Made by a program: the position numbers and the translations under genes. 64,000 nucleotides of DNA from Ruditapes philippinarum (Eukaryota), in NCBI RefSeq assembly GCF_026571515.1, contig NW_026852812.1:190256-254255 (forward strand), written 5' to 3'. The notes under the pieces are model-generated. The model made no database searches. It was not told the origin of the DNA and saw only the letters and a list, made by a program, of their open reading frames with translations. Shown in pieces: positions 11,357 through 23,451 of this stretch (position 1 is its first letter; each line of letters begins with the position of its first letter).

Positions 11357-11798
11357 AAATTTAATTAACATCAAGTTTTGTAAATATAAAAAAAAAATTA
11401 AGGATTAAGGGCAGGGCTGCTTTCCAACCCCTGAAAAAATCCCTTGTGTACCTCACTATAGATCCATTAACTACATTCAGCTGCCATGTTATAATACATT
11501 CATCATCTGATCCTGTCACAAATGTTGTATCACTTGACCAGCTTCCACACGTTACTGCCTTCGTATGTGCCTATAACATGTATAAAATATTAGATATCTA
11601 CATAACTATGTCAAAAAAATTATCAACATATCGCCACCTTAGTGCAGTAATTGATTGACTCACTTATATAATTTAATAGGAGTTAACCTGTTACTGCACT
11701 AAGGTAACACTATATCAAATCAAAATTTTTCAGAAATTTATCAGTATCTTTCAGAAAGATATGAACATATGTCTTTGCAATGAATGAATAATTCAATC

Positions 11799-11822
11799 AA
11801 TCAATCAATCAATCAATCATAT
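11799..11822. repeat. (CAAT)6 microsatellite
   Basis: caatcaatcaatcaatcaatcaat. Confidence 0.9.
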
Positions 11823-12403
11823 GCATCAGAATTGTAATCAAGATCCAACAAAATCTTATTTGGTCTGCTATACAATTATTTTAATTATGTTATTTGCACA
11901 TTACATTTTTGCACACACAGACAATCCAAGTGAATTCACAGTACTTTCATTTTTCCCAGTTATTGTCATAATGAAAATAACAAAGAGAAAAGTCTTACCT
12001 TTAATGTGGCCACACATATGTATTTGTGTTGACCATTTGTAAATGTTGATGACCACAATTTAATCATACCATCTCTGAAACAGAACATAATAGATGTTTT
12101 AATATTTCAATATAGCACATGTGTCTGTGATTATGAATATGTCACACACAAAAATAGCCAGAAGATTAAATATTTCAAGCTCAAAACAAACAAATATTGT
12201 TTGTTAAAAGATACAAAAGATGTTTAATAAAATATTTCCACTCATTTATATAGCTTTTATAAAATCGTAATACTTTTTTTTTGCACTTTTATTATCTTCA
12301 TTTTGAAGAGTCAATTTTAACAACCATTCATCTTTTTCACTATTGAAGAATCATTCAGCACATAAGTCTCTTATATATGAATTAACAGAAAATATGAACT
12401 CAC

Positions 12404-12621
12404 CTGCTTCCAGACAATATAACTGGTTTCCCTTGGCTATTGTTGCTGCATACAAAAGTCACAGGAGCATCGTGTTCACCAATCAGAGTTTGCGGTTCCT
12501 TGTCACATGACCACAATTTGATGCTCTTGTCCAATGAGGAGGTACACAAACGACCTTGGTTGTCAGAAGCAACAGACAACACCTTGTCTGAATGACCAGT
12601 CAGACACGCCAGCTCATTTGC
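12404..12621 (-). CDS. TEP1: TEP1 exon, WD40 x2 (ANELACLTGHSDKVLSVASDNQGRLCTSSLDKSIKLWSCDKEPQTLIGEHDAPVTFVCSNNSQGKPVILSGS)
   Basis: Anchored on ORF 12400..12582. Acceptor ctgaatag, donor GCAG|GTGAGT. Confidence 0.8.
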
Positions 12622-12714
12622 CTATTCAGAACAGAACAACAATAATTATTTAGGCGCTTACATGATAAAATGGGAAATTAATGGAAAATTTGTATCAAAT
12701 GAACATTCCTTATT

Positions 12715-13060
12715 AACTCGTTTAAATAATAAGTAGTGGCCGCATTGCCAAATATTTAATGTGTCGAGCTCAAAAGATTGCTGGTCCGTTAATTCAAGCC
12801 CCATCAGGGGCAAGAAATTAGTTTAATGAGCAAGAAACTTTTCAATCGTTGCTAGCATTGGTTACTTCATTTGTTAACTTATTTAAAGGATAGGTAGTGG
12901 TGGTGTGGCCAAAATGTTAATGTGTTGGACTAGAACCCTCTGAATTGCTGGTTGCCTTAGTTCAAATCCTGTCAGGAGCAAGTAATATTAGTTAATTGAG
13001 TAAGAAACTGTTCACTCATTGCATAATACTGGTTGTTCTAGGACCATATGTTAGAGTGTT
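12715..13060 (+). mobile_element. Two tandem tRNA-like SINE copies
   Basis: Two units of about 165 bp each: gtagtggc.g..tgccaaa.atgttaatgtgt.gagct..aa...tgctggt...ttagttcaa..cc.tcagg.gcaag.aat. Confidence 0.6.
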
Positions 13061-13282
13061 TCTATAACCTTTATATGGCTTTATGAAGGGGAAAAAAAAA
13101 GATCAATTTGTTATAGAACAGTTGTTTCTCCGGCCAATATTTTGCAGCTTAATAATTTACGTTCTGGCAGGGAAAGATCACCACTATTCACTGTGTCTGC
13201 TTTTATTAGTTTCTTCCTTCATAACAAAACCTAAAAAGGGAACCAGGGAATAAGGATACAGATACAAGTCAGGTTTCAAATA

Positions 13283-13407
13283 CCTTAAGTGGGTACCAGA
13301 GCCTAGCAGTTCCGTCATCCCCACATGTCGCAACCATAACATTCTCCAGTTTAGGTTGTAACATCTTCTCTTGTGGTTCATCATCCATACCCCAACTTCC
13401 ATCATCA
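13283..13407 (-). CDS. TEP1: TEP1 exon, WD40 (DDGSWGMDDEPQEKMLQPKLENVMVATCGDDGTARLWYPLK)
   Basis: Acceptor ttctttcag|GT, donor TAAG|GTATTT. Resembles human VTVGLDGATRLWHPLL. Frame differs from ORF-track entry 13184..13441. Coordinates +/-1. Confidence 0.65.
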
Positions 13408-13689
13408 CCTGAAAGAATGGTTTTTTTAATAAATCAAACAAGCAAATTTAAATTTTCTATATACATAAAGAAAGAAAAATGTTAAATACCTAGCTCATTC
13501 GTATATTAAGACTTACATGGAACAGAAAAAAGTCTCTGCTTAGAATGCCACAAAGTATGCTTAGTCCTGGTATTCAAAATAGACAAAGAATAAGTAAGTT
13601 TAAAAATAAGAATAACTATGTAGCTATGTTGTATTGTAGCATACAAATTGGTTTGTTATTCATAAACTCAACATTTACACCATTTTTTG

Positions 13690-13990
13690 TATGTATGGTT
13701 GGTTGGTTTTTAAGTACACTTTAACACATTTTTGGTCATATCTCAGCAGCAAGTCCACCTTAAACCAGCTGTCCTTGATAACTAACCAGTATTTACCAAT
13801 TTCTCCACAAGTGAATGACTACTAATCTGAATTAGCAGTGAGAGAGAAATGATCATTAGACTCCGTGTCCCAGATCAATTGTCCCTAAAGAAATTTTGCC
13901 CTGCCTGAGGTTCGAACCAATGAACCCTGGATTACAAATCAGATGCTTTCCCTTTAATGACCTAGGCAGCAATTATCTCTTCTATAATTA
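13690..13990 (-). mobile_element. tRNA-derived SINE
   Basis: Reverse tRNA-like head (gggaaagcatctgatttgtaatccagggttcattggttcgaacctcaggcagggc) plus a body shared with 19640-19900 and 49095-49225. Confidence 0.65.
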
Positions 13991-14020
13991 GAGAAACTTA
14001 TTACAGTAATTTTTTTGTAC

Positions 14021-14165
14021 CTTGTTGATTTCTGTCAACAAGTCTAACTGATATGTCACATCCATTTGCTCGTTGTGTATGGCCGTACAGTGTGGTGATC
14101 TCCACACCTTTATGTGACCACATTTTCACCGACCCATCCGCACATGTGGAAACCACACAACCATA
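14021..14165 (-). CDS. TEP1: TEP1 exon, WD40 (YGCVVSTCADGSVKMWSHKGVEITTLYGHTQRANGCDISVRLVDRNQQ)
   Basis: Anchored on ORF 14001..14222. Acceptor ctttcag, donor CAAG|GTACAA. Resembles human VSVSRDGTLKVWDHQGVELT. Confidence 0.8.
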
Positions 14166-14439
14166 CTGAAAGAAAAGTCCTAAAATTGTAACAGTGTTAA
14201 CAAATGAAATACTGTATATCAAACTGGTAAAAAGGAAGGTACCAATTTTACTTGTACAATGTATTTATACACCTAAATTTTATACTTATATATATATTTT
14301 AAATTGATTGCTGTTCTTTACTGGCTCACAGTGTAAGGTTTTCTACAGACATTGAACAGGAGAGGTTTTATGATGAAGAAAATATTGGTATGTCTTTAAC
14401 CATTTCATCCTTCAGAAATGAAAAAACAAGGGCAACATT

Positions 14440-15640
14440 GTCGCAGTATACGCCTGTCACAGAAGCTTTTGACAGAGATGTGGGCATTATAGATATGTAT
14501 ATAGGAGATATGCTCTAGGCAGTATCTGGAAAATATCTGGATATTTTATCATCTCTAGTGATTCTGACCTTGCAAATATTAAGGTTAATTACATGTGTCA
14601 CACTTTTAGTTAAGATAGTTATCATTTGTGATACAATCCATCAATAAAATTAATGATGACTAAATAGTCCCCATTCACAAACTTTGACCTCTCTATATGA
14701 CCTTGTCGTTGATAGTAGGGACCTGGATTATATGTGCAATAAGCCTCACAATGGTGAACATTTGTGCCAAGTTTCATTAAAATCCCCTTATGAATGTAGA
14801 AGTTTGGCTCAGAACAAGCATTTTTCAATGACCTCTAATTGTGACCTTAACCTTTAACCTAGAGACCTGGTTCATGCACTTGACACTGCTTCTCATAGTG
14901 GTGAACATTCCTAGGAAGCTTCATTAGAATCCCACCATGCCTGGAGGAGACATGTTATGGACAAAATTTCTATGTATTATCATCTTTAGTGACCTTGACC
15001 TTGTATAAATTAACCTTAATTACATGTTTCACACCAGTATTTAGGATAATGACCATTAGTGTTTAAATCCCTCAAAAATTGATTACTAAATGGTCCCAAT
15101 ACACATTTTCATATTTTTATCTGAACTTTGACCCCTATGTGTGACCTTGACCTTAACTGAGAAATTAAACATGTGACACTCTGCCTCACAATAGTAAACA
15201 TTTGTGCCAAGTTATATTCAAATACCTCCATGCATGTAGAAGTTTTGCTCCGGACAACCGTTTTTCAATGACCTACAAGTGTGACCTTGACCTTTAACCT
15301 AGAGACCTGGGTCCGAGGTTATAAATATATTTAATGAGCACAAACTCAGATCTCAGGTATTTGATTGGTCTGAAACCAGCACAGAATGATTTTTGACCAA
15401 TGAAAATCCTGAGATTCGAGACAGAACTTAGATAAAAGTTTTATAACCTCGAAGCCAGGTTCATGCGTGCAACATGGCTTTTCATAGTGGTTAACATTTC
15501 TATGAAGTTTCATTAAAATTCCTCTGTGCATGTAAGAGATATGCTCTGAACAAAAATTGGACGTCGCCCGCCTACCAGACCACCCGCCAAGGGGGAAACT
15601 AGAATACGACCTGTTTTTCAAACGAGCATATAAACATGAC
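14440..15640. repeat. Complex tandem array of about 140-bp units (satellite-like; ...ctcacaatggtgaacatttgtgccaagtttcattaaaatcc..atgaatgtagaagtt...gtgaccttgacctttaacctagagacctgg)
   Basis: At least 6 diverged units. A small palindromic insertion sits at about 15330-15450. ORFs 14622..14828 and 15346..15621 translate successive units. Confidence 0.75.
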
Positions 15641-15792
15641 AGAGAAGTTAGCAGGTTTTTTGGACAAATTTGTTTCCGTCAGCAGAAGGAGAGTTCAAAC
15701 ATTTATCAAGTGTTACCATTAGACTGATACCATAGTGAGTAAAAAAGCCCCGTAATTACTTGTACACTTTAAGTACACAATATAACACTTAC

Positions 15793-15920
15793 ACTGTATC
15801 CTATATGATTTATAGAGGCCATATGTCCTTTCATACTGTATTTCACTTTGCACATATTATCTCCAGTACCTTCTTTTGTTGTCTCACCAGATGTGTTGCC
15901 AATCTTAGATACATCCCAAA
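15793..15920 (-). CDS. TEP1: TEP1 exon, WD40 (WDVSKIGNTSGETTKEGTGDNMCKVKYSMKGHMASINHIGYS)
   Basis: Acceptor gttgacag|TT, donor AGT|GTAAGT. Plus ORF 15760..15966 is its antisense image. Confidence 0.7.
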
Positions 15921-16584
15921 CTGTCAACAAGAAAACACTTACATTTATAGTAGATGGCCTTCTTGAACTGCTTTATTTGATTTTAGACTAACTGTTTATG
16001 GTAGTCGGAAACAATGTATAGATTTAGTTAATGCTGCAACAGCCCAATAAACAAATTGTTAAAAACTGAAGATTAGCCACACCTACTCATGTTAAATATT
16101 AAAGCTTTGAATATGTACCCTATCTAAAAAAAATCAGAATTGAAAACTGGTAAAACAAATGCAAAAATGTACAAAATAGCCAAGAGGAAAACACCTTTTG
16201 GGAACATAAAGCTGTGAAAAAAGAAATTTTAGTTATAGTGGATAACAGACTAAATACTGTAAACAAATTTGTAATATGCATAGAGGAAGGTAAGGAAAAG
16301 TTTTGGCACTCCAAAATGAGCTATAAAATTTGAAACCTATATCAACATGTATTGCAGCTTCATTATAGCTATCTTGGTTAAGGAAAATACATGGGTTTCT
16401 CACAGAATGGAACTAGGATACTGGATAGTCAGATAGTAGATTACACACTCACAAAAAATTAATATCCTATACTCAAATTGAACAGATAATTGATTAAAGG
16501 TTAAGGGGCAAGTAATTTCGTCACTGGCCATGAATCCCAGACCGTCTATAAGAATAGGTTAGCTTTCTACAAAAGTTTTTTTAC

Positions 16585-16744
16585 CTTTCAGATTAAAATC
16601 ATTAGAAGCTGTGATAATGAAATCTGCTGTGTTAGACCAGCTACAGTCTGTCACCCAGTCATCGTGGGCATTGTGAATTATGTGTAACGGCTTAGAATCT
16701 TCTCCATCAAAACCACATTGAACGATATCCCAAACTCTTACACT
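16585..16744 (-). CDS. TEP1: TEP1 exon, WD40 (SVRVWDIVQCGFDGEDSKPLHIIHNAHDDWVTDCSWSNTADFIITASNDFNLK)
   Basis: Acceptor cattacag, donor AAAG|GTAAAA. Resembles human HRDWVTGCAWTKDNLLISCSSDGSVGLWD. Confidence 0.7.
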
Positions 16745-17324
16745 CTGTAATGATGAAGAATATCATAAATATTTTTCGTTTGATGTAACATTCAACAACA
16801 TTTCTCCTTATTTATCAATTTTTTAGCTTTTATCATTTCAAAGGGTGAAATGTGTTGCCTGGCCAGGACTTGAAACTAGAGATCCCAAGAGCACCATTCC
16901 TCAGCCCAACTGACTGAGCTACCCTGTCACAAACACATTAGTGATCAGTTCTAAACAGAAACAAACTGTACATAATTCAGAGGTGAAAGTGATGAAGTCA
17001 TTTATCCCAGTTATTTTTAGTTTTTGTAACGAATGTATTTTATTTGAATTTTGAACTATTTTAGCTTTTATGGAATGAATGATGAAAGCCTTAATGAACA
17101 TGTAGAAGTAACCCAGTAATCTTGGGTATTAAGACTAAATAACACCATATTTATTGACTATAAAAAAAGATTCCCTAAAAGACTGAGAATAAATTTCACC
17201 TGAGAGATACTCAGTTAATTATGTTTGGTGCACCTCATAAGCTGGTATTGGAAAAAAATTCATCGAAAAACCAAAATATATGTATGTGCATGATCTCATC
17301 GATAAAATTATCACAATAATTTAC

Positions 17325-17442
17325 CATATCGCGGCTTCCTGTTACGATTCTGGTTTCACTGTTATTGAAGGAGCAACTTGTCACAGCACCTGTATGAGTT
17401 CCCATTACACAAACTTTGTTTGGTGGCACATTTAGAACAGTC
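17325..17442 (-). CDS. TEP1: TEP1 exon, WD40 (TVLNVPPNKVCVMGTHTGAVTSCSFNNSETRIVTGSRDM)
   Basis: Anchored on ORF 17235..17453. Acceptor attttag|G, donor ATG|GTAAAT. Confidence 0.8.
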
Positions 17443-17689
17443 CTAAAATACAATTATAAAATTCCTTTAAACATGCTCTCATCTATTTTTTTCATTAAAT
17501 TTTCTGCATATTCAAACTTACTTTGTATGAAGATCAAATAACTTGAGGAAAAACAACATTGAGCAACAAAAACAAAAACATCAGCTCTTAGCTTTCTCGA
17601 ATGAATACAAGATATTTCTTCTGATTTGGTTTTCAGCCAGGATGACACTGTAAACACATCATATGACAACTTCCTAGCTTTCCTGGAAG

Positions 17690-17900
17690 TTTAAAATTGT
17701 TCCTATGTACATTATTTTAGACAGAGGTAGGCATCCAAGTAGAACCACTGATCTTCCATAAGCTAGTTTGATAGTCCCATCCACTCAATATGAAAGAATC
17801 CGAAGTCATAAGTAGGTCACGAACATAAAGCAGTGAAATACAAGTGATTTTAAGTAAAACGACCTTCACCACAACTAAATTCAATCAAAGTGCTTAATGC
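17690..17900 (-). mobile_element. SINE (same body family as 1282)
   Basis: The conserved body motif appears in reverse: gaagatcagtggttctacttggatgcctacctctg. Confidence 0.55.
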
Positions 17901-18244
17901 ACTGGTAGTATTCACTTGTGAGATATCTATACAGCTTGCTTTAAACGTTTTAACTCTATCACACTGCATAAACGTTAATTGTGATATATTGACTTTCCTC
18001 AGTCAATAAATGAAGACCCACACAGTTTCAAATATAATATGTGTCATATGTGTGTGTGTGTTCTTGCATGCCAAAGAACTACTTTCTTTTGCAGTGTAAT
18101 CAAAAAAGAATGCTATCAGTTCATTAACTTAAACAATATCTGAGTTCAACATGAATGCAAAAATGTAGGATAAATAAAACTGTAAAAAGTTTGTAAAATT
18201 TCTACTGGTATATACTAAGGCTAAACATTTACATAATCACTGAC

Positions 18245-18396
18245 CTCTCATTTGAGTTGTACTTGAGAGATTCATACACAGTACATGTACAATCAGCTGA
18301 TGTTACAGCAAAGTAGTTCTGACAAACAGCTACACTGAGAACCGGCTGTGTTAGAGTGGTTACAACCAGGGATTTCCTCAAGTTTACTTTCAGTAT
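18245..18396 (-). CDS. TEP1: TEP1 exon, WD40 (ILKVNLRKSLVVTTLTQPVLSVAVCQNYFAVTSADCTCTVYESLKYNSNE)
   Basis: Acceptor tttatgtag, donor GAGAG|GTCAGT. Confidence 0.6.
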
Positions 18397-19226
18397 CTAC
18401 ATAAAAATAGAAAATTTGATTATAAACAAAGTCTGAACTGTGTATTTTAACTAAATAACCCTGACCTTTCTTTATTTATGTAATAGACTGGCACATTATG
18501 CCTCAGAAAGGCTTTTTCATTTTTCAAAAGCTTTTTAATTTGTCTGTCCTTTTTTTTTTCCCAAAAAGTTACTTATCAGCCAATTATCTGAACCATTTTT
18601 TTGCTTCCCTTATTTTTTTTGCAATTAGCAACATTATTGTGATCAAGTATTTTGTATGGAAGTCAAAATACTATTTGTTTACATTTTGCTTCTTTTATAG
18701 CAAATAATTACACATTCAGAGATACTTTCTTCAAGTGATCAGCATTTAGAATTCTCTAAAACCATTATATAAGCATTATAAAAGTCATGTTGAGCTTTTT
18801 TTAAAAATGAAAAAAAATTTCTAAGGTACAATGTGTCTTTAAATACAGAACTGTTGATTGTTATATATAGGGATTTCAAAACCGAGTAATCCACAATTAA
18901 TAGCCTGGATAGACTGCACATGAATTCAGTAGGGCATGCATGTAACAGGTATTCTAAATGAACAGTCCATATCAAAATTAATCAATTATTTGTAACAAAA
19001 AAATATGACAAATTAATTGTATTTTTGGAGCTTTCATTTTTTTCCTCAAAATTTCACACACAAAAGTAATATTCAAAAGATTTAAATTTTCACAAAAACT
19101 TAGTAACATGTATTTTTATTGTACAGTTCACATCAAAATTGATCAACTATTAGTTAAAAAAAAAATGACAAATTTATTTAAGTTTTCTCAAAATTTCACA
19201 CAAAAAAAATATTCATCATTACTTAC

Positions 19227-19298
19227 CTTTGCTGAGCAATCATCTGAACCAGACAGTAAGAAAGCAGATGACAAAAACTTCAGACATCTCACTGATGC
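19227..19298 (-). CDS. TEP1: TEP1 exon, WD40 (SVRCLKFLSSAFLLSGSDDCSAK)
   Basis: Donor AAAG|GTAAGT is clear. Acceptor (cattcag|CA) was chosen only for phase consistency; an alternative AG lies a few nt upstream. Confidence 0.5.
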
Positions 19299-19639
19299 TG
19301 AATGCACCTGACTTGAATATAACTCTGTTCCTACAATTATAAAAAGTACACAATTTTTTCTATAAAAATACTGAAAATATCTTTATTTTTGTTATTTCAA
19401 AATAAGTATACTGTAGTAGTCATGTTAGTTTTATTTTTGTGCGGACTATGTCAGAAAAGAAAGAGAAATAAGATGTATTCGTAAGATACAATGCCAGAAT
19501 TTTGAAAATTGAAAGTCATTGTCATTTTGGGGTCAAGGTCATATTTCAATTGTCTCAATATCTATCAGTAGATTGTGCCAAAGTATGATGGTTCTAATTT
19601 GTTTTATCTGATTTTAATGCTAGTTTCAACACATTGTTG

Positions 19640-19900
19640 GTCATATCATGGCTGTCAGTCCACCTAACCAGTTTTCCTGGATAACAAACCAGTAAAATCC
19701 AATTTCTTTGCAAGTAAGCAAATAATATTAAATAATCAAACATAATATCTGAATCTGCCATAAATAGCAAATGACCGTTAGATTCAACCTCTAACACCAA
19801 TTGTCACCAATACAAATTTCACCTTGCTCAAGGATCGAACTTAAGATCCCAGGATTACAAATCTAATGCACAGCCTATTGAGCTAAGCGGGCAGACTTCA
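19640..19900 (-). mobile_element. tRNA-derived SINE
   Basis: Reverse tRNA-like head (gcccgcttagctcaataggctgtgcattagatttgtaatcctgggatcttaagttcgatcc). Confidence 0.65.
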
Positions 19901-20103
19901 GAAGCTTCAAGCTTACAGAGTCTTATGGCTAAAATTGAAATTGTTGTCATAGTCAGACTAAGATTTTATGGAAAGCTTAGAAATCTGTAAGATATTCTCA
20001 CGGAAAAAGCTAATATACTCGGTGAGCATCTCACTGTTATAATGCACAGACAATATTAAACAAATGCCTTTTAGTATTTCTTATTAATGTTTTCACTACT
20101 TAC

Positions 20104-20251
20104 CAGACAGGACATCATGTACTTTGATAAAGCCGGAATGGTATCCAATAGCAACCAGGTCTTGTTGTGGAGATATTGCTATGGAAACAGCTGGGCCTAA
20201 TTCCTCTTTACCAATAGTTGAAATTGGTTTACCAAGATGTCCTGACCACAC
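20104..20251 (-). CDS. TEP1: TEP1 exon, WD40 (VWSGHLGKPISTIGKEELGPAVSIAISPQQDLVAIGYHSGFIKVHDVLS)
   Basis: Acceptor tatttaaag, donor TCTG|GTAAGT. Confidence 0.7.
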
Positions 20252-20439
20252 CTTTAAATAAAGTTAAGTTACATCATTGGCAGACGTAAATATTTTGGAT
20301 GATACTGCTGTTTATATGGTGTATGTAATGTAATGTAATATACAGTAAATGTACTTTGTGAAATGACAACTTGTGTTAGATCATATATACAGAGGAGCTT
20401 TTTTTGTTTTTGTTGGGTTTGATGTCACACCAAGGCTGT

Positions 20440-20690
20440 TTAAGATCATATTGCCTCTTTCTTTGACGCTTCACTTGGTGGAGCAAGATCTCAGGTGCCC
20501 TTTCATGTATCATTTCAGACACAAACAGGCACCTCAGTAGAACCACCTGCCTTCCTGAAGTAAGCTGGATAGCATCCTCACATGAAACAATCCAAAATTC
20601 CAGACAGGATTCAAACCACAGTGGTGAGGAGCTAGTGATTTGAAGTCAACAACTTTAACCACTTGACTATAAAATCATACATTACATAAA
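20440..20690 (-). mobile_element. tRNA-derived SINE (family of 1282)
   Basis: ttcctgaagtaagctggatagcatcctcacatgaaa is the reverse complement of the 1282 body. The tRNA-like head lies at the high-coordinate end. Confidence 0.75.
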
Positions 20691-20801
20691 AGCCCCCAGA
20701 GGAGCCCTTTCCTTTACACATGTTACATGAAGTTTTAAAATTAATTACTGAATAAAATACAACTGTAGGAAACAGCGGGTTTTAAGAAATTTATTCTTAC
20801 C

Positions 20802-20899
20802 TTGACTTTATGATCATCACTAACGGTGATAAGTTCTTTACCAGTTGGTGAGAATGTCAACTTATTGATTGGTAAAGCATGGCCCTCTATGTTACCAAC
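20802..20899 (-). CDS. TEP1: TEP1 exon, WD40 (VGNIEGHALPINKLTFSPTGKELITVSDDHKVK)
   Basis: Acceptor cttattgtag, donor CAAG|GTAAGA. Coordinates +/-1. Confidence 0.65.
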
Positions 20900-20952
20900 C
20901 TACAATAAGCAATAACAATACATTATTTTTTAAAATTTCTGTATGTTTTTAA

Positions 20953-21710
20953 TAGGGATGGCAACGAGTAACCGGTTAACCGAGTACTCGATCGAACGTC
21001 CGAATATCGGTTAACAAAACTGATATTCGATTACTCGGAAAAAATGTATAATTTCTATTTTATTTGCTATTTAGACAGTTTGGTGTATCCAATAAGTTCA
21101 GAAATTCGGAGATGTGCATATACCTTCATAAATACCTGTTAAATGCAATCACAACTTCCTTGCAGAGGTGCGAAAATGATACCATAAATTTAATGAGGCG
21201 ATCAACAGTTTGACACGCGCACATGTGTCGCTTACGTCATCCGGCCTCTTATGATATTTAGTAACCTTTTATTGTGTAACACAGCGCAGTTTGTTCCCGA
21301 ATCATGTTTTAAGGTAACATTTTTGAAATAACAAAGGGCCGTATTGCTATTATGATATAATAATAAAAGTAGTATTTAGACCCGGTTAAATTTTTGTTGC
21401 CGCCGATCAGTCTATTTTATTACAATAAGAAAAAGATGTTTAACATGTTTTAAACTTGATATTGCATTATTCAAAATGTTCTCAAATAAAATGTCGTTGA
21501 TTTTATTTTGATTAATTTGTCTCCTTTGCAGTCCTATCTATAGTTATGAATTCTATGAATTTAAATAGAAAACGAAAGTAGCATGCGGACGGTGTTGATA
21601 TTGTGTGATAAACTTTGAAGATCATTGGAAATCGTCCGAGTAACCGAGTACTCGAATGGAAAAATGACCGAGTACTCGAGTATTGATTTTGGTATTCGTT
21701 GCCATCCCTA
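20953..21710. mobile_element. hAT-like non-autonomous DNA transposon (MITE, 758 bp) in a TEP1 intron
   Basis: TIRs tagggatggcaacgagtaacc / ggtattcgttgccatcccta. Perfect 8-bp target-site duplication GTTTTTAA at 20945-20952 and 21711-21718. Confidence 0.8.
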
Positions 21711-22202
21711 GTTTTTAATGTTTTAATAATTTTACATAATCATTGTGGTAAAACATGGGCTTACTTTAGTGTCAGTGACCATGACCATGACCCACTCAAC
21801 CTAAAACTTCACCTATAAGTAGAGGTATAGTAGATTTCCGTGGATATAAAACAGTGCTAAAGGAAAGAAGAATGGATCTACAGACAAGGACAGTTGTTAC
21901 AAGAAAGGAAGGGCAAAACTGGCTTCTATATGCCTTACTGAAATATCGTATTCATTACATAAACCATGATTGAGATTCCAGTCAATTTGGTAAATTTTCC
22001 TCGACATTTTGAATTTATTTAAATCTAGTTCATTTTAACTATAACATCAAATTCAAATATCTAAAAATGAGGAATGATTTCATACAAGCCTCTAGAATTA
22101 CAATATGCAAATCTGTTCAAAGATATTGATTGATAGTTTCGATAGTTGCCTTGGAAGATTTTCAGTAAAATCAAATTAAAAAAAAGAAGAATCAGCCAGT
22201 AC

Positions 22203-22322
22203 CTGAGAGCCTGTATCTGCTGCCCACAGTTTTACATCTCCATCTAGAGCAGCAGAGGCAATGTGACGACCAGACGGTGAGTATGCAACATCTCTCACTG
22301 ATGACATGTGACCACGTAAAAC
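22203..22322 (-). CDS. TEP1: TEP1 exon, WD40 (VLRGHMSSVRDVAYSPSGRHIASAALDGDVKLWAADTGSQ)
   Basis: Acceptor atttgcag, donor CAG|GTACTG; phase 0 at both ends. Confidence 0.7.
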
Positions 22323-22419
22323 CTGCAAATATACATTTCTTCATCATACAAAATTTACTTTTTTTTGCTCTTTTTTTTGCTCTCTTTTTTGCGTTTGCGA
22401 GTCACACCAACACAGTAAA

Positions 22420-22610
22420 GGATATATGGCAATTTTTCCCTTTTATTAGCAAGAGAATCTCAGGTGATAATATGTGCATTATTCCAGGCATCAGCAAACA
22501 AGTGAGCAAAACCACAGACCTTCTTATATGCTAACTATATAGCCTCCTCACATGAGGGGATCTAAAGTTCTATGCAGGATTTGAACACTCTTGTAAAAAA
22601 GAACCACCTG
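22420..22610 (-). mobile_element. SINE (family of 1282)
   Basis: Body motif in reverse: tagcctcctcacatgaggggatctaaagttctatgcaggatttgaac. Confidence 0.6.
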
Positions 22611-22711
22611 TACATGCATTCTTGTTTAAGGAAAACTGTTTATGAAGTATGACAAAGAATTTTCTATCAATTTAAAAAGAATACAGAAGTAACAGGAGGC
22701 AATTACTTACA

Positions 22712-22817
22712 GCTTTCTTTGTTTTGTGGAAAATATCCCAGATTTTTATGGTACTATCCCACTGTCCTGACACAATCTTCTGTCCTTCTGGATGGAAACT
22801 CACACAATTCACTGGAC
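22712..22817 (-). CDS. TEP1: TEP1 exon, WD40 (PVNCVSFHPEGQKIVSGQWDSTIKIWDIFHKTKKA)
   Basis: Acceptor gtttatag|T, donor GCT|GTAAGT. Confidence 0.7.
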
Positions 22818-23301
22818 TATAAACAGAAAATAAAGATCTATTACCTCTCTCACAACAAGTTTGTGTAAAGGTATGTAAGGTATTTTGCGTTAACTATTAA
22901 TTTTTAAAGAAAACTATATTAAAGATTAGTTTAAATCTGCTCACCTCCAGATGATAAAAGAAAGTCTATCCTCATATTAATATTATAAATTCTCTCTCCA
23001 AAAGCAAACAATTGTTGAAAGAAATCAAATGTCGCTTTAAATTTTCATATTTTGACATTTTCCTTTTGAAAACAGACTGCTTTTCCGCCATTAGAATATA
23101 CCTTCTTTTATTATAATATGGAATTATTTTATCTGGGTTATTTCTAGTATATATAATTATCATATGTTGTGATATGAAAGGTACATTCAAACTTTTTAGT
23201 TAAGTCAGGGATAAAAAAAAAACTTAATTTTCCTGCAATTGTCACATAAGGTATATTGTCCTTTTCTTTTATTCCTTTAAAACTCATTCAACATGACTTA
23301 C

Positions 23302-23451
23302 CATCCCACTCTGAATTCACAGATCATACTGCCTCTCTTCATGTCCCAAACTTTGATCGTACAATCCCAGGATGCCGTAGCTACCACTGTACCGGATTTG
23401 TCTGACGAGCACGAGTTCACTCGCCTCTGGTGACCCTTGAGGGAAAACAAC
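23302..23451 (-). CDS. TEP1: TEP1 exon, WD40 (LFSLKGHQRRVNSCSSDKSGTVVATASWDCTIKVWDMKRGSMICEFRVG)
   Basis: Acceptor ctttcag|G, donor TG|GTAAGT. The true frame differs from ORF-track entry 23317..23499, which reads the same exon in the wrong frame. Confidence 0.75.

Noticed and set aside
14622-15621. ORFs 14622..14828 and 15346..15621 with related peptides
   Set aside because: They are translations of diverged units of the intronic satellite-like array. They are kept only as a low-interest finding on unit origin.
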